This document shows, one piece after another, positions 1 through 15,153 of a stretch of 64,000 nt of DNA. The translations under genes and the position numbers were made by a program. Position 1 is the first letter of the stretch; each line of letters opens with the position of its first letter. The DNA is from the human T2T-CHM13v2.0 reference genome, Homo sapiens. Where the stretch lies: the NCBI RefSeq assembly GCF_009914755.1, contig NC_060937.1. The stretch is one strand, 5' to 3'. A model generated the notes under the pieces. The model was given only the letters and a program-made list of their open reading frames with translations, did not search any database and was not told where the DNA came from.

Positions 1-42
1 ACTTACTGATTTAAGTGATTACATCTGCATTCTCTCTTCACT

Positions 43-435
43 AGGAAAGAATGGCCAATTAATCAAACTTAAAGTAAATTCATCTACATTTGAAATTCTG
101 TCAGGTATAATTCAAATGTGTACTTTGGCTGGTACCAAATATGTATGCTCCTTTTAAGAAACAATGCCATATTTTGGGATAAAGTTCAACTGCAATTTAA
201 GTCATGAAAAAGGCTACTGGGAGAATGACCTTAATTAAAATAAATCATTTTCAAATTGTTCCTAACTAAAATATTTGTTATAATTTTAGATGAAATTATA
301 TTGCATTGTTTACTCATATCTGGAAAAATAGGTGTAGTTAAAATACTAGAAGAAAATCAGTTGAAACATTAACAGTATTTGTTCCTAAAGCTATGTTTAA
401 TAAGGAATTTTCTGCCTTCTACTTATGTGTTTTAA
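43..435 (+). repeat. Left arm (source) of a ~393-bp inverted duplication
   Basis: Reverse complement matches 1190-1584 with about 25 substitutions and one 2-bp indel by manual alignment. Confidence 0.95.
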
Positions 436-1034
436 AAAAATTAAAGTGATCGTGTATTGCTTTAATATTATGTGTGTTGCTTTGATAATACTTTTTAAAT
501 CAGTTAAATTATAATCTAAAATAAAAGGTGATTTTAGTGCATATACATGCATGTGTATGCATGTATATGCATATGTGTCTTATATACTTATATTAAAATT
601 TTGAACTGGCAATTAGGGAAGTGGTTTTTTAAACTGGGATAATACATTTTAAAAATATGTAGTGGATGGGAATCTCAGGTAATGGCATAAAAGTGCTAAT
701 GACCTGCACAAGCATTGAATGAAAGATGCAAATGAGCAGCTTAATGGAAAAAATATGAGGAACTTGGTGCTAAATCATTCACAGTCAACCTGTTTCTGGG
801 CTGGGGTTTCCTAAGCAGCGGAGCACCTCCCTCACTACCGTCTATTGAAAGTCAGCTTTTAAACAATAATAGTAATAAATAATAAAAAATAATAAAAATA
901 TACATATATCAAACAAACTTTGACACCATGGTGTACATTTTAGATAAATCAATATTTGTTAGACTACAGCACTAACAAGTTTCTATCTTAAACATTATAG
1001 TGACCCCTAATCAGGCCTTAGAGTGGTGATTGAA

Positions 1035-1759
1035 TTTTTTTTTTTTTTTTTTTTTTTGAGGCGGAATCTCGCTCTGTTGCCCAGGCTGGAGAGCTGGAGT
1101 GCAGTGGGGCGATCTCAGCTCCTCAGCTCACTGCAACCTCTGCCTCCCATGTTCAAGGGATTCCCCCTGCCTCAGCCTCCAGAGTCTACTTAAAACACAT
1201 AAATAGAAGGCAGAAAATTCCTTATTAAACATAGCTTTAAGAACAAATACTGTTAATATTTCAATTGATTTTCTTCTAGTATTTTAACTACACCTATTTT
1301 TCCAGATATGAGTAAACAATGAGATATAATTTCATCTATAATTATAACAAATATTTTAGTTAGGAACAATTTGAAAATGATTTATTTTAATTAAGATCGT
1401 TCTCCCAGTAGCCTTTCTCAAGACTTAAATTGTGGTTGAACTTCATCCCAAAATATAGTATTATTTCTTAAAAGGAGCAAGTATATTTGGTACCAGCCGA
1501 AGTATACATTTGAATTATTCCTGCGACAGAATTTCAAATGTAGATTAATTTACTTTAAGCTTGATTAATTGGCCATTCTTTCCTGTAGCTGGGACTACAG
1601 GCATGTGCCACCGCACCTGGCTAATTTTTTGTATTTTGAGTAGAGGTGGGGTTTCACCGTGTTAGCCAAGATGGTCTTGATCTCCTGACCTCGTGATCCA
1701 CCCACCTCAGCCTCCCAAAGTGCTGGGATTACAGGTGTGAGCCACCGCACAGGTCCTGG
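1035..1759 (-). mobile_element. Alu (AluSc/AluY-like), split in two by the inverted duplication
   Basis: Poly-T and right-arm sequence to ...cagcctccagagt (1185); resumes gtagctgggactacagg at 1585. Degenerate TSD gtgattgaattttt / gtgaggtaattttt. Confidence 0.92.
1190..1584 (-). repeat. Right arm: inverted copy of 43-435 inserted inside an Alu
   Basis: ttaaaacacat...ggccattctttcct is the reverse complement of aggaaagaatggcc...atgtgttttaa. Confidence 0.95.
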
Positions 1760-1944
1760 TGAGGTAATTTTTAAGTAACTATGTATCTGTTCATATGTAA
1801 GTATATGTGTGTAGGAGTGCAGATGCCAGTGTGTTTGGACCTCTGGGGAAGGAGAGGGTAAGCAAGAGATATGATGCAACTCAGCCTCAGATGAGCTCAA
1901 TCACTCACAGAATTAATTAAGGTAATTGACCCTCATTCACTTCT

Positions 1945-2905
1945 GGGTTCCTCAATAACAGCACTACTAACATTTTGGACCAAATAATTATTTGCTGTGG
2001 AGACTGTTCTTCTGTGCATTGTAGGGTGTTTAGGAGCCTCCTTGACCTCCACCCTATAGATGCCAGTAGCACTGTAACCACCAGACAGGTTCTTCCTGCC
2101 CGCTGAACAAAGTTAATTCATGGAGACCATAGCATTGCAGTAAAGAAATAGTTTAATAAAGTTGAGGCCGGCCACACCACGTGGGAGACAGTTGTAACTC
2201 AAATCAATTTTCTTGAAGGCTCAGAGGTTAGGGGTTTTTTCAAAGATAGTTTGGTGGATAGGGGCCCAGGGAGTGGGGAGTGCTGATTGGTTGGGTCAGA
2301 GATGAAATCATAGGGAGTTGAAGCTGTTCTCTTGCTCTAAGCCAGTTCCTGGGTGGGAGCCACAGGACTCAGGACTGGTTGGCAAATGCTGGTGGGGCCA
2401 TCCAGTTTTCAGAAATGCAAAATCCTGAAAAGACATCTCAAAAGGCTAGTCTCAGGTTCTACAATAGCAATGATATCTGCAGGAGAAATTGGAGAAGTTG
2501 CAAATCTTACGACCTCTGGAATAATGGGTGTTAATTATGTAACTATGTTTGCATCTTAGCAGAATTCAGGTCCCTCTCATCTTCCTAACCTGGTGGCCTT
2601 TTATTAGTTTTACAAGGGCAGTTTACTTTTGGGGAAGGGCTATTATCATTTAAACTATAAACTAAATTTCTCCCTAAGTTAACCTTGCCCATGCCCAAAA
2701 ATGTGCGAAGACAGCCACCCTTGAGGCTAGAAGCAAGATGGACTCAACCATGTCAGATTTCTCTTACTTTCATAATTTTGCAAAGACAGTTTCAAGACCT
2801 CTCTATTGTTATATCTAAAAATGCCTCCAAACATTGTCAAATGTCTGGCATTTTGTGAGCAGGTGGTTGGGATGGGTAGGAGGTTGTCTGGGATTGAGAA
2901 ACACA
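1945..2905 (-). mobile_element. MER20 hAT-type DNA transposon fossil interrupted by an LTR
   Basis: gcactactaacattttggaccaaataattattt...tagatgccagtagcac (to 2072), continuing aaaaatgcctccaaacattgtcaaatgtc after 2794. Confidence 0.75.
2073..2794 (-). mobile_element. Solo LTR, LTR8/LTR8A-like (ERV1)
   Basis: TG...CA ends. The minus strand starts TGAAACTGTCTTTGCAAAATTATG...GAAATCTGACATGGTTGAGTCCATCTTGCTTCTAGCCTC, like the LTR8-family 5' end. Confidence 0.8.
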
Positions 2906-5900
2906 AAACACTGCTCTAAATTTGTTACCAAGGGGTGAATCATTTTGCGGGGAATATTTCATCCAGATGCTCTATAGTCTTTTCCATACAACTGTTGACA
3001 TTCAATTAAAGAAATATGAAACAGGACTAAGGAAACAACAACAGACAGTAGTAGCAGATGCATAAATGACCAGTTATTAGGAATTAACGGATATACATAT
3101 TTAAATAACTATAACAAACATAGTAAAAAAAAAAATGGCAAGGTGGGTAATTGGACAATATCCAGTCTAAAGTACAGATAACTCAAAGAATATTGTTTTT
3201 CCTGACTTTGGTTCATGGTGGTTTGCTTCCTTGTGTGTGTATTTTTTGGTCTTCAGTTTCGAGCTTATCCTAAACTCCGGAATATCTTGAAACCTAAGTT
3301 CAGGACACGTTTTTCAATAAGTTTTGTCCATTTTTGAGATGAATATTACTGATCTTGCACCTCTTCAGTCCTCATTTCATGACACCTACTCCCCGGCTTA
3401 CTCAGGTAGTCTTGGGTCTATCTTTTCCACCTTTATGGCCTGAAGTACCAATGTAGGAATTTACCCACAGAGCTCCTTTCATGTGAGCTTATGGTTTATT
3501 CCTCTTGCTTCAGCTTATAGCTCTTGTTTTCGGGTTTCCTGAAGGATATTACTTCCTATAAGTCCAGTAATAAAACAAACAATTGATATTTGGTATAATA
3601 GATTATTTGGTCTTTGCATTGCTGGAAGCTAAAGCCCATATACTGTGTGCTTCATTGTAATATATCTTTCATCATGCTATTTCAGAATGTGACAATTACT
3701 AAAAGCTGACATTTGAGATCATATCACCACCTAATATTTTTTTTCAAAAGTAAAAATAAAGTGGAAGATAAACGAGAAACTTAGAAAAGACTAGGTTTAG
3801 AAAGTTTATTAATTATACTTCTGAAAAAGCAATTGTCATTTTCTAAACAGATAAAAATGAACTGCAAATTAAAATTCCCAGTGGAATTAATGCAGTGACT
3901 CATTACATAATACATCATGGGCAAGTAATCCATCCTTTGTACTCTCAGGCAATCGGATGTATTTAAGCCAAAGATAATTAAAGACAAAAGTAATCAGGGT
4001 TCCTCCAACATCACTTTTTATGTGACATAGAGCTTATCATTGTTTAAAGCATCGAACTGCTTAGGCATTCTTTGTTCTCTTTTATTGCCTTCATTTCATT
4101 GTCTGAATAGCTTTTGTAGTATGATGTTAACTATCACTGTTTGGACTGATTGAATAGTTTATTTATTTTGATAACCATCAGGTGAAAGCAAAAGTCATTT
4201 CATGGCAATTTCCTGTTACTTCAATGAGACACTGCTTTCCAAAAATGGCAAGAATGTTCTTGACAATTAGCATTTACACGTGATTTTAAAATTTTACTTT
4301 GTTTTTATTCTTCCATATGAGCTCTTTTGATTTTATTGAAGCTTTGAATGAGTGAGACATAAGCACAGTTTAAGTTGTATGATGGGAGCTAAAGTAAGTT
4401 TAATTTCAATTTCAAGCAAATACTATTTATTCTACATTTTCTATAGTCAGGGAGACATGAGGGCTTGCATGAAGGACCTGCATGTCAAATTCCTCTATTT
4501 TCTGACTTTTTTCCATTACCAATATAGACATAATCACATACATTTGGTTGTTCTTACTTTTCCAACAGCCTCCCTCCCTTTCTCTTTACTGTAATTGGAA
4601 GCATATTTCCATCTCTTCCTCTGTCTCCATCCCTCCCACTTTGATATTCTTATTAAAGTGGAATATTTCCTCTTATCTGGTAGAATGTGAGGAAAATAGG
4701 GCACCCTAATTTATTTGATCACCGTTCAGTTTTTCTCGGTAACTAAGTTTGTCCCTGAAAGTTTCTGGTCTCACTTATGGTTACATTGTTAATTATCTTG
4801 GAATAGTGAAAAAGATAGTCAATATTTTTTTTTTCATATGTCTTCCCACAGTGTCTGAACTATTTCCATGATTTTTTGACTATTCGCTTTTGTCTTTGTA
4901 GAAAATATTCATTAGGATATAATTTACAAATCTAATTTTCATAGTTCTGGATCACTTATTGCCCCAGTAAATTCCATTATTTGGAACTGTACCTCTATAC
5001 TTAACTACTAGTGAATGGCAGAAGGTGTTTCTCTATCCTAGCTTCTTTAGGGAAAGAAAGATTATTTGAAGGGAACCACAAGCAGCTTTGTTTCTATCTG
5101 TGATGGAAGATAACAATTTTAATATTTAAATAGATGTTGAATAAATGAGTATGATTTTTATATGTACATTACATAGTAATAATAGTAAATGTCTTTGGGA
5201 AAAAATGCAAATAATACCATGATAGATGCTATCAGAGTCTAATAGATTATATAACTTGACTGCACATATTTGAAACATTTAAGTAGAAAACAGGACTGGT
5301 AGTTACAACTGGTGTAGCTTTATGAATCTCTAATTCTATTACATCTGAGACACTTTAGAGATCGCTTGATCTAGTCTCTTTGTGCAGAAAACAAGGAACT
5401 GAATCTTTGAGAAGCAAAAGTGGCTTATCCAGGCTACATAATTAAAACTGTCATCAAAATGGGCCTCCCAGCTGCCATCACAGTGCTTGGCCCATACCAA
5501 CCATTGATTCTTACTTTCCTATCAGGCCTGGGCATATTCCAGTCTGTCCACCATTTCTTGTGCATATCCTTACAATAAACATGAAATTTATATTTTATAA
5601 TCCAAATTGAGGTAATGTTCCATTTGACTGTCATACAAGGTTTCCCAATCAAAAGCAGATGAGATAGTGGTTGAGGCCAAGGCATCCTGGGTATTAGTTA
5701 TGTATTTAAATTCTCTAATTAATTGTCTCCAGGAAGGAAACAAATGTGTACACTTTGGAATTTGTCTGTATTACTACTAATGTAAAATAAACATTGCACT
5801 AAAACTTGGATGATGATTGAAAAAACAATTTAAAAACCATGAAAGAACACCACAAAATATTTTTCTTACTTGAACTACATTAATGTTCAAGGTGGCCTAA

Positions 5901-6479
5901 GGGAAAGAGAGAGAGGAAGTGCTGTTTTAAAATGTTCTCTCTCTCTCTTGAGAAACAGCAGATTTATTGTCATAATAATCTCAAAATGCTTTTGAGGAGG
6001 TCAGCAGATATAAAGTACATGCAGATTGAGTGTAATCATTATATGAAAAATTAACCACATGAACAATGAAATGGTACTGTGGTAGCAGCCCTTTGTCAAA
6101 TTAATGTTCTGAAGAGTGTTATTTGTGAAATACAAAGGCTCTGAAAATAAGTGGACTGGACTAACTTCGCAGTTTTATGTGCTACATTTGTAACTGGATT
6201 CCAGAAAAAATTATTAGGAGAAGGAGAATTTAGAGCTTAACATTCTGTTCACCTAATATAAAGTTACAGAGTGTCAGATCAGATAGCATCATCCAATTAG
6301 TCAATTTACATTGACATAATATATATGGGACTTCCATAATGAACAATAGTCAAAATGTATTATTTTGGGAAATCTTGAATCAAATTATTTACAGGTATCC
6401 TGAGAGATCTCTATTATAATAATTGTAAAAGGCAGCAATAACTTTCTGAAAAATATTTATATATTGTTTCTTTTTTAAA

Positions 6480-7703
6480 TATTGTTTAATTATACTTATT
6501 TTTTATTTATGTCTATAATGTAAGGTAAGGGTTAAAAATACTGTTTAAATGCAGTTGGGATATATAATTGATCCAGGATCAATTTATTGAAAAATAAACT
6601 TTTTTCACTGCACTGTAACATTAGCCCACCATAAATCAAGTGACCTTATGTGTATGAACCTGTTTGTGGTGTTTCTATTCTGTTTCATTTGCCTATTTGT
6701 CTGATCTTGTACTAGCAATCCATTCTTGTTTGTTTGGTTGGTTTTTGTGAGATGAAATCTCACTCTGTTGCCCAGGCTGGAGTGCAATGGCATCATCTCA
6801 GCTCACTGCAACCTCTGCTTTCCAGGTTAAAGTGATTCTCCTGCTTCAGCCTCCCCAGTAGCTGGGATTACAGGCACCCACCACCACACTCAGCTGATTT
6901 TTGTATTTTTAGTAGAGATGATGTTTCGCCATATTGGTCAGACTGATTTTGAACTCCTGACTTCAGGTGATCTGCCTGCCTTGGCCTCCCAAAGTGCTGA
7001 GATTACAGGCATGAGCCACCTCACCCAGCCAATACATTCTTAAATACTATAGCTTTACAGTATGTTTTAAAATCTGATATTGACATCTGTCCACCAATTT
7101 TTTTTTTCTCAGCAAGGCTTTGGCTATTTGTATGCCTTTGCATTTGTGTATAAATTTTAGAATAAACTTGTGAATTTTCTTAACATGAAAACTGTTGGGA
7201 TTTTGATGTGGATGCATTAAATCTATAAATCAATTGACAGAATTGACAGCATTGATGTTCTAATCTATAGCCTTCCTTTTTATTTGTATATTTTTTAATT
7301 CACTTAATAATTTGTAGTTTTCTATAAAGAGGTCTTGACATATTTCATGAATATTCCTATTTTCTGTTTTTTATATGTTATTATAAATGACATAATTTTA
7401 AAAATTTATATTTTAAATGTTTGTTTCTACTATATAAAAATATAACTATTTTTAAAATTATTAACCACTTGTATCTAGGGACCTTGCTAAATTAATTTAT
7501 TAATTGTATGTAGCTTCTTTTATATTTTCTACCTATATAATCATGTCATATGTGAATAATGACTGTAGCATTTCTTCCTTTCTGTACTGTTTGTATTTCT
7601 TTTTCTTGCTTTGGGGCAATTAGCTATGGCTTCTGTGTAATGTTGGTTAGGTGTAGTGATAGTGAGCATTCTTGTCATGCTCCCAATCTTGGAGAAAATG
7701 CTT
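6480..7703 (-). mobile_element. Old L1 (L1M) fragment, left part, split by the ERV
   Basis: Antisense ORF2-like text (aatctataaatcaatt, ggtgtagtgatagtgagcattcttgtc). Joins cleanly to the sequence after 16461 when the provirus is removed. Confidence 0.7.
6728..7030 (-). mobile_element. AluS
   Basis: Full dimer; TSD aatccattctt / aatacattctt. Confidence 0.92.
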
Positions 7704-8154
7704 TGTGAAAGCTATCAGAATCAAAATGGAATCACTTTTGTCAAACCCTTACAAAAAAAAGTGGGGAATATGAAGGGAGGGTTCTTATGCACAATTGCCT
7801 AATAACAAGAACTATCATAAGAGACTGCCAAAACCGCAGCGTTGCACAAAGACCACCACAGTCTTACACACACAAAAATATATATACTTATGTGAGGATC
7901 TGCCCAGCAACTGCCTGCCTAACCTTGGACGGACACTGGCTTTGTTATTGATCCTTGTAGCCAGGGATAATTATCTCAAAATAACTTATATAACCTCCTC
8001 ATTTTACCTTCAAAAACCCTTGTCTTTTGTTTTCCTCCCCTGAAGGTGTCTGTAGTTTACTATGCTATGTTATTCCATGCTGTAGTGCCCACTGCCAGAT
8101 AAACTTATTATCTTTGGAGAATGTCTGTCTTTCTGCCCATTATTAAGACTGACA
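7704..8154 (+). mobile_element. 5' LTR (MER65-like)
   Basis: tgtgaaagctatcagaatcaaaatgg...ttattaagactgaca. Confidence 0.85.
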
Positions 8155-10090
8155 TAATCTGGTATCAAGAAATGGGACAGAAGTAAGCTCACCTGGAACA
8201 GCCGGGCAGCCCCTGGAATCAAGTGCAGTACCAACTGAATGAACCCTTTGTACTCTCTGCTTCCAGGAGTCACCTTTTCTGCCCTGGTGATTCTCCTCTT
8301 AAATTCTTGGACTGCCTCCTTTTAGTGAGTTCTTTTGACTTGACTTGGGACCGCACTGGTTTATCCGGTTGCCTCAAGTAGAAGATATTGCATCCCTCTT
8401 GGAACTGTGAGCCTGTCTTCTCTGGCAAGTTCTTTTTAATAGAAGGACAAGTATCTTTCCAGAGAGTTCTTGGATTTCTGCAGAACTTACATTATTTGTG
8501 AGGCATGTTTTTTTTTTTCTCGTGAATTCACTTTTGATTTTTTCTTCATGTTTGATTTAATGTTTTGTTTGATCTGTACCACTGGCTTAAAATTTTTGTG
8601 AGTACAGAATTTTGTTTCATTTTTGTTTGGTTACATGTGTCTAATGATTTAGCAATTTTATGTTTTTCTCCCTCTTGTTTATGAACATCTTTTGAAAGCA
8701 AAAATAGGCATTTTAAACAGTGGATGTGGGATGGCAAATTGAAAGTCACTAGAGCAGTCACCACCATCTTTGTGGCACCTTAATAATAAGAGCCTCAGAG
8801 AAAAAGTCTCCCATGTCAAGATCAACTGTTACGGACAGGCAAGGTCACCTTCAGGAACCCAGTCGGTTCCAAGAAAAATTCTATACAATGAAGGAAACTT
8901 TGTCACAGGTCAAAGAATTAGGGCACAAGCCATCTGCCAAGTATGAAATAAAGGAATCTTGTGCCACGTACACTTGTGAAAGCAAAACGATTTGTCCAAA
9001 TCCTTAAAATTCCTTGACAGGGCTTATAGGATTATCTGTCGCTCTCCAGAGATTAATAAGAAACTGAATGACATTCCAAAATTCTAAGACATGCCAAACC
9101 CTTAGACTGCTATACATTCAAAATTTATGGTCCATTCTCATGAACATTTTTTTAAACTGATGGGAAAATTACACCAAGAATAATGTATGGCCATTATGGA
9201 GATTGTTTTGGCCTTCCAAGCTTGTTTTTCTCAGAAATGAATTAGAAAAGTGCAACTAGAGGGCTAACATATAGTCTTTTAAGTTTCCTATTTTTCTATT
9301 TTATCTCTGCCTATTTGAATATACTGACGTTTTTGCTTGCATTGGAAGAGAAACTCTCTGCTGCAATTGTTCTTGAAACTAAAATAGGTCAAAGTCTGCT
9401 TGGAGATTATTTTTCTCATGGCATTTCAATGAAACATAAACAGCAAGGAATTAATCCTTAATCTAATTTAACACTGAGAAAAAAAAAAGGAAAAGAAAGT
9501 AAAAGGGACTTATTAAAACAAAGTTGCTAGAGAAACTGCTTTACCCAAAATTTGATGCACAGCCTTCATAATATTACCCATCAGGACAAATGAAAATCTT
9601 AAGTTTAGCCATGTGAACATTTCCCATTGTGTCAGAAACTGAATTTAGATTCAATTGTCCTTTTATAAACCATTGAGTTTATATTACTATTTTACTGTCT
9701 CATGACTAAAATTTTTAAATGAAAGCTATAAGATCTTTGTGTGTATATGTGTTTATGTGTGTTTAGACACATATGCATGTGTTATGTTGTATGTTGTATA
9801 TACATAATACAATCTGGCATAGTTGGCCAGAAATCCTTTAAGGAATTCTTTTCAAGTTGGCTTAGAGATAAGATATGCAAATGACACTTAAAAGTGTAAA
9901 AAAAAAAAAAACCCCAAATGCCTTTTAGCTCATGGGATTCATATGAATCTTTGATAAATAAATTGGTTTTAAATTTGTTGGTAAAATAAAAATTTGTTTC
10001 AGAATTGTTAGCTTACATTTTGTTGCCTGGGTTTGCTGGTTAGACAGGATTACATTGATCTCTGTTAGATGTTTTACAGTCATAAAACTA

Positions 10091-10410
<320 letters not shown>

Positions 10411-13309
10411 TATATTCAGCTTAATAGCAAAATAGATTTTGTTTGTGTAGCTCTTTAAAAAAGATGACTAATATTGTTGGTTTAAGAAAAACAGCTGTAT
10501 TTTCTGAGTTACTGGCAAAATACCCATATATTTCAGGTTCCTACTTGGGTGATGAACACCTGATATTCACAGGCTTCAAAAATAGTTAACAGAGAATCAA
10601 CTTGAAATGAGAACTAGCTTTGTCTAATATCTCAGTTTTCATGAATAATCTGGTATAATTGTTTAAAATAAATAGGTGAATATAAATGGTATAAATGTGT
10701 ATAAATGAACTTTTCATGTAATTTCAGATGTTAAAATTATGTTATTTTGAATTAAGTAATATTCATAAACTGGATTATTTCCAAATAAGATAAAATAATA
10801 AACATTAATTTCTGATCAGAGGTTCATGTTTATTTAATTTTGGCTTCTTAAATTTTACAGGAAAACACAATATATTTGGATCTATTAAAAATTATATCAT
10901 GTTTCACATTAAAAATTTGTTCTATGAGGAAGCACACATTCCTAGAAGTTGTAAGATGTATATTCATAAGCTGTTGCTATATGACAAATAGTTCAAAATG
11001 CTTACCTCCTAGGCTTTAACTAGAAATTAAAGCTACAAAGAGTTAAACCTTTTAATTAATATATGTAATTCTATATGTAAGTTGTACAAGGAAGTAAGAT
11101 ACCTTTTTCGTTAAAAAAAAAAGTATAAGCATGGGAAATATTTAAATTTTGGTAGGAAGGAAGAATAATTTTGTCTAAGGGTTATTTCAAAGTATTAAAA
11201 GAAATAACAACAAAGCAAAAAGAAGCCAATAATTAGGGGAGTGAGAGGGATGCAAAGAAGGTTATGAGGAAGTGTTTTTAGGTAAAGAAGTTAAAAGCAG
11301 AAAGTGAATAATATGAAAAATAATATTGTGTGGTCAGAATGATAAAGGGAAATAAGAAAAATAAATGTTTGTGCTAAGGTAGAATTTAAAAAGAAGAAAA
11401 TATAGGAGAAAACTGAAAGCTTAATCAAGTCGTAAAAGGTCTGAGGAGAATGCAAAGGTTTGTAAAGTATAATCTTATGAAAGGAATTTGTGTGCAATCA
11501 AGTTGGCTTAAGTTAGAAGAGAATTGTTTACAATTCTTTCTAAAATTGAACATTACTATACTGATACAAAACCAGAATCTAGTCCTCTGTGTTTAAAGCA
11601 ACACAGTTTTCTTGGATTATTGATCTGCTCTCAGTGAAATTTGCAGAAAGTTTTTATTTTTAATTGTAAAACTTGTTTCTTTTAATTTTCAATCATTTTC
11701 TGAACTGCATCTTTTGCCCAATTTACAGTTTTCATTTATTTTTTCCCAATTCCAGATTAAAATTGCTATGTTCTTCTTTTAAAATACCAATTTAATTTCA
11801 CAAATTGGAGTTTCCTCTTGAAGCTTTTCAGATTCATGTCTCAGAAGTTCAACTTTTCATTGCATCTCACTGCACATAATTTGCAGGTCATACATCATTG
11901 CCTCTAGCTCTTCCTCCTTCTCTTCCTGCAGAGGTACATCTTTTCATATTGTTAAAGTTGTGACTCTCTCCATTGACTTTTTAGTCAGCTCCTACTGCCT
12001 TTTTTTCCCCCTCCAGTTGTTACTCTGCCACTGTGGTCTGATGCTGGAAAATGTCTTGAAGGCCCAGAAGAGCAATGTCTTCCTCCAGGATAACTTGATC
12101 TGTTCTCTTGGCTTTTCTTGATGTGTCTGAATTGTTCCATGTAATGAGGCAATTTTGCATGCTTTTACTTTTTTTAAGAGCCACATATTACCCTGCTCAA
12201 GGTACTAGTTTTCTTGTTTACTTCTATGATATGAAGTGCACTCATAACCTCGGGCAGACAATTCCAGTGTCTTAGAGAATTCTGGTATCTTTTCATTGGG
12301 TTCAACTTCCAGGTTATTTAAATGGACTTCCATAAGCAGACAACAATCACACTGCAGGAGGTTCGTGTTTGTGTGTTTCTTAAACCTTTTGATGATGGGC
12401 CTAAGAAACAAAAATTTTGTGTTTTATCAAGATAATTCCCTATGCTTTATGTTGTCTTACTAGGTTTTTCATTAGTGAGGGAAACTGAGCTTTGAAAGAG
12501 TTAAAGTTTTCTTACATCCTTGTAATTTTCTGTATTTATTTTTGACATTTTCTGTCACTCTAGTTAAGTGAATAATTATTATTTCATGATGACATGTGAT
12601 TCTGTTTTAATTAAATGTTTTAAACCTTTTGACATCTTTGGCAGGCTTCCCCAGTATCAAAGTTCTAAATTAAGTCTTTTTGACTTCAAATTAACTTTGG
12701 GAATTTCTAGTCAGGAAATTCTGAAGGATGTGTCTCTCATCTTATGAAAGAGTTATTAAACGAATTAGGCTTATTTAATATGTTGGGTTGTCTGGTAAGC
12801 ATTGTCTAATAATAGAGTGATGCCAAATCTTTTTCAAGTTATATTTATATGAATATGTTATTGATGTGAATGTTCCAAAGATTATGTAAAATTTATAGAA
12901 GTCTGATGGCTCTGGTTGGATGCTGTCAACCATAATTCTGGTTGTTATCTTAAAATGTTACATGCGATAGAAATAACCGAATTTCTTCATCAATTTTGTC
13001 ATTATTATAATGAACCCTGCAGAGTTCAAATTCATCAGATTTTTAAACCATAGTTATTCTAAATCTTTGTCATCTACTGTTACAGTTTTGTTTCTTCTCT
13101 AAACACATGTGCATTCAGATGCCTAGAAAAGACTCCAGTAATTACTCTTGCTTACAGGTTTCTGATAACACTAAACTCAGTAGGCCAAGCGAAAATTTCC
13201 AGAACTCTGATAAAGAAACTGATACATTCATGAAACTGCTAACAAAAATCAAGCAGAACAAAAATTAATTACATGAAGTGAAATAACTAACAAAGATGAT
13301 GTTTTATGA

Positions 13310-13737
<428 letters not shown>

Positions 13738-14288
13738 AAAAGTATACCTTTGTAAACTAAAGTGGAAAAATTTACTTTTTATCCCTATTTGATCCTATCA
13801 AAATTCAGAAACTACATGAGTATTCTTATGTTTTTTAATGGCAGTATATATGTTTGTGTAAGTTCAATAAGAATCTGCTTTCTTTATAACAGAATAGAAC
13901 TGGAAATATTGGCTATATTACAAAGGTTTTGACTGAGATGTGATATTTAAGTTATTTATAGGTACTACAGACAAAACCTGAAGCCTGCCTTGGTTTGACT
14001 TTTTAGTCTCAAGAGATATTTAAGGGTCCAATCTGAGATTACTATATGTTTAATCACTATTCTTGCTACATTTATGTAAATAATTCAGTCACATTTGACA
14101 AAATTAAACTTATTTTACAAACAAATTAATCTTATTCTCATTATCTTTAGTAAAGATTGGGATGACTGTAGAGAGAAAAATTATGTTTCTAAAGAAAAAC
14201 TCTAATATACTTGTTAGATGTTGGCCCTGTGCATAGTTTCTTAGTTTTTATTATCTATCTGTAGACTAGACTGGATCTTGAATTCTTC

Positions 14289-14885
14289 TGATATAGGAGT
14301 TAAGAAGAAATTACTTAGGCAGATAGTGAGAATATGGGAGTCCTCAGTAAGGTTTTCCTTTTAATGAAAAGCAGCCCCCAAATCATTTTCTTTTCTTACG
14401 AAGAGCAGCCTATTGCTGGCAGTTGTGCCAATAGGAAGAAACTACCTGGGAATAGGCAGGCTCAAAATGGCAGCTCCATCCTCTCTTTGCCAGCCACACG
14501 TACAGTAAGGAGCAGACAAGATGGTTCTGGCCAAGTGGAAAGTCCATTTGCATAATAAGATTAGGGTGGGGCGACCAGCCTTCCCACACACAATGTAAAT
14601 GTCACACCTGATCCAATCAATCTGTGGGCCCTACATAAATCAGACAGTGCCTTCTCAAGCTTGCCTGTAGAATCCAGTGCACTCTGCCACCAGCAGGTCT
14701 TTCCTTTTCAGATACCTCTCTCTGGCAAGAGACAGACAGAGACGGCTGCTCTCCTCTCCCCTTTCTTCTGCTTATTAAACTTTCCGCTCCTTAACCCATT
14801 CCATGTGTGCGTGTCCATGTTGTTAATCTTCTCAGCACAAAATGACCAACCCCAGGTATTTACCCCAGACAATGATGCCACTTCA
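14289..14885 (+). mobile_element. Solo ERV1 LTR (LTR9-like) nested in the provirus
   Basis: tgatataggagttaagaagaaattacttaggcag...gccacttca, approximate TSD cttc/cttg, CCAAT and TATA-like elements, ATTAAA at 14774. Subfamily uncertain. Confidence 0.72.
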
Positions 14886-15153
14886 CTTGTAGGTTCCTCC
14901 AATCCACTTTTCTCTCATGAAATTAGTGAGAACAAAACCACCCTTTTCTAAACCCGCGTAGAATGAAGCTAGACAATTTGATGTAAATTTCAAGGGACAA
15001 GACTTGTGCCTGATGTTTGAGCCACACGGCAAGTTCACCAAACTGTCGAATGCTGTAACCAGAGACCTTCAAACCACAAACCAGGGTGAGAAGTTGACAA
15101 TTTCATGCTGGGAAAAATTCTTCCCAAGACATTGAAATAAGATTCCTTATCAT

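Noticed and set aside
43-1584. Inverted arms interpreted as DNA-transposon terminal repeats
   Set aside because: One arm interrupts an Alu whose other half is in the spacer; there is no TSD around the pair and no transposase.
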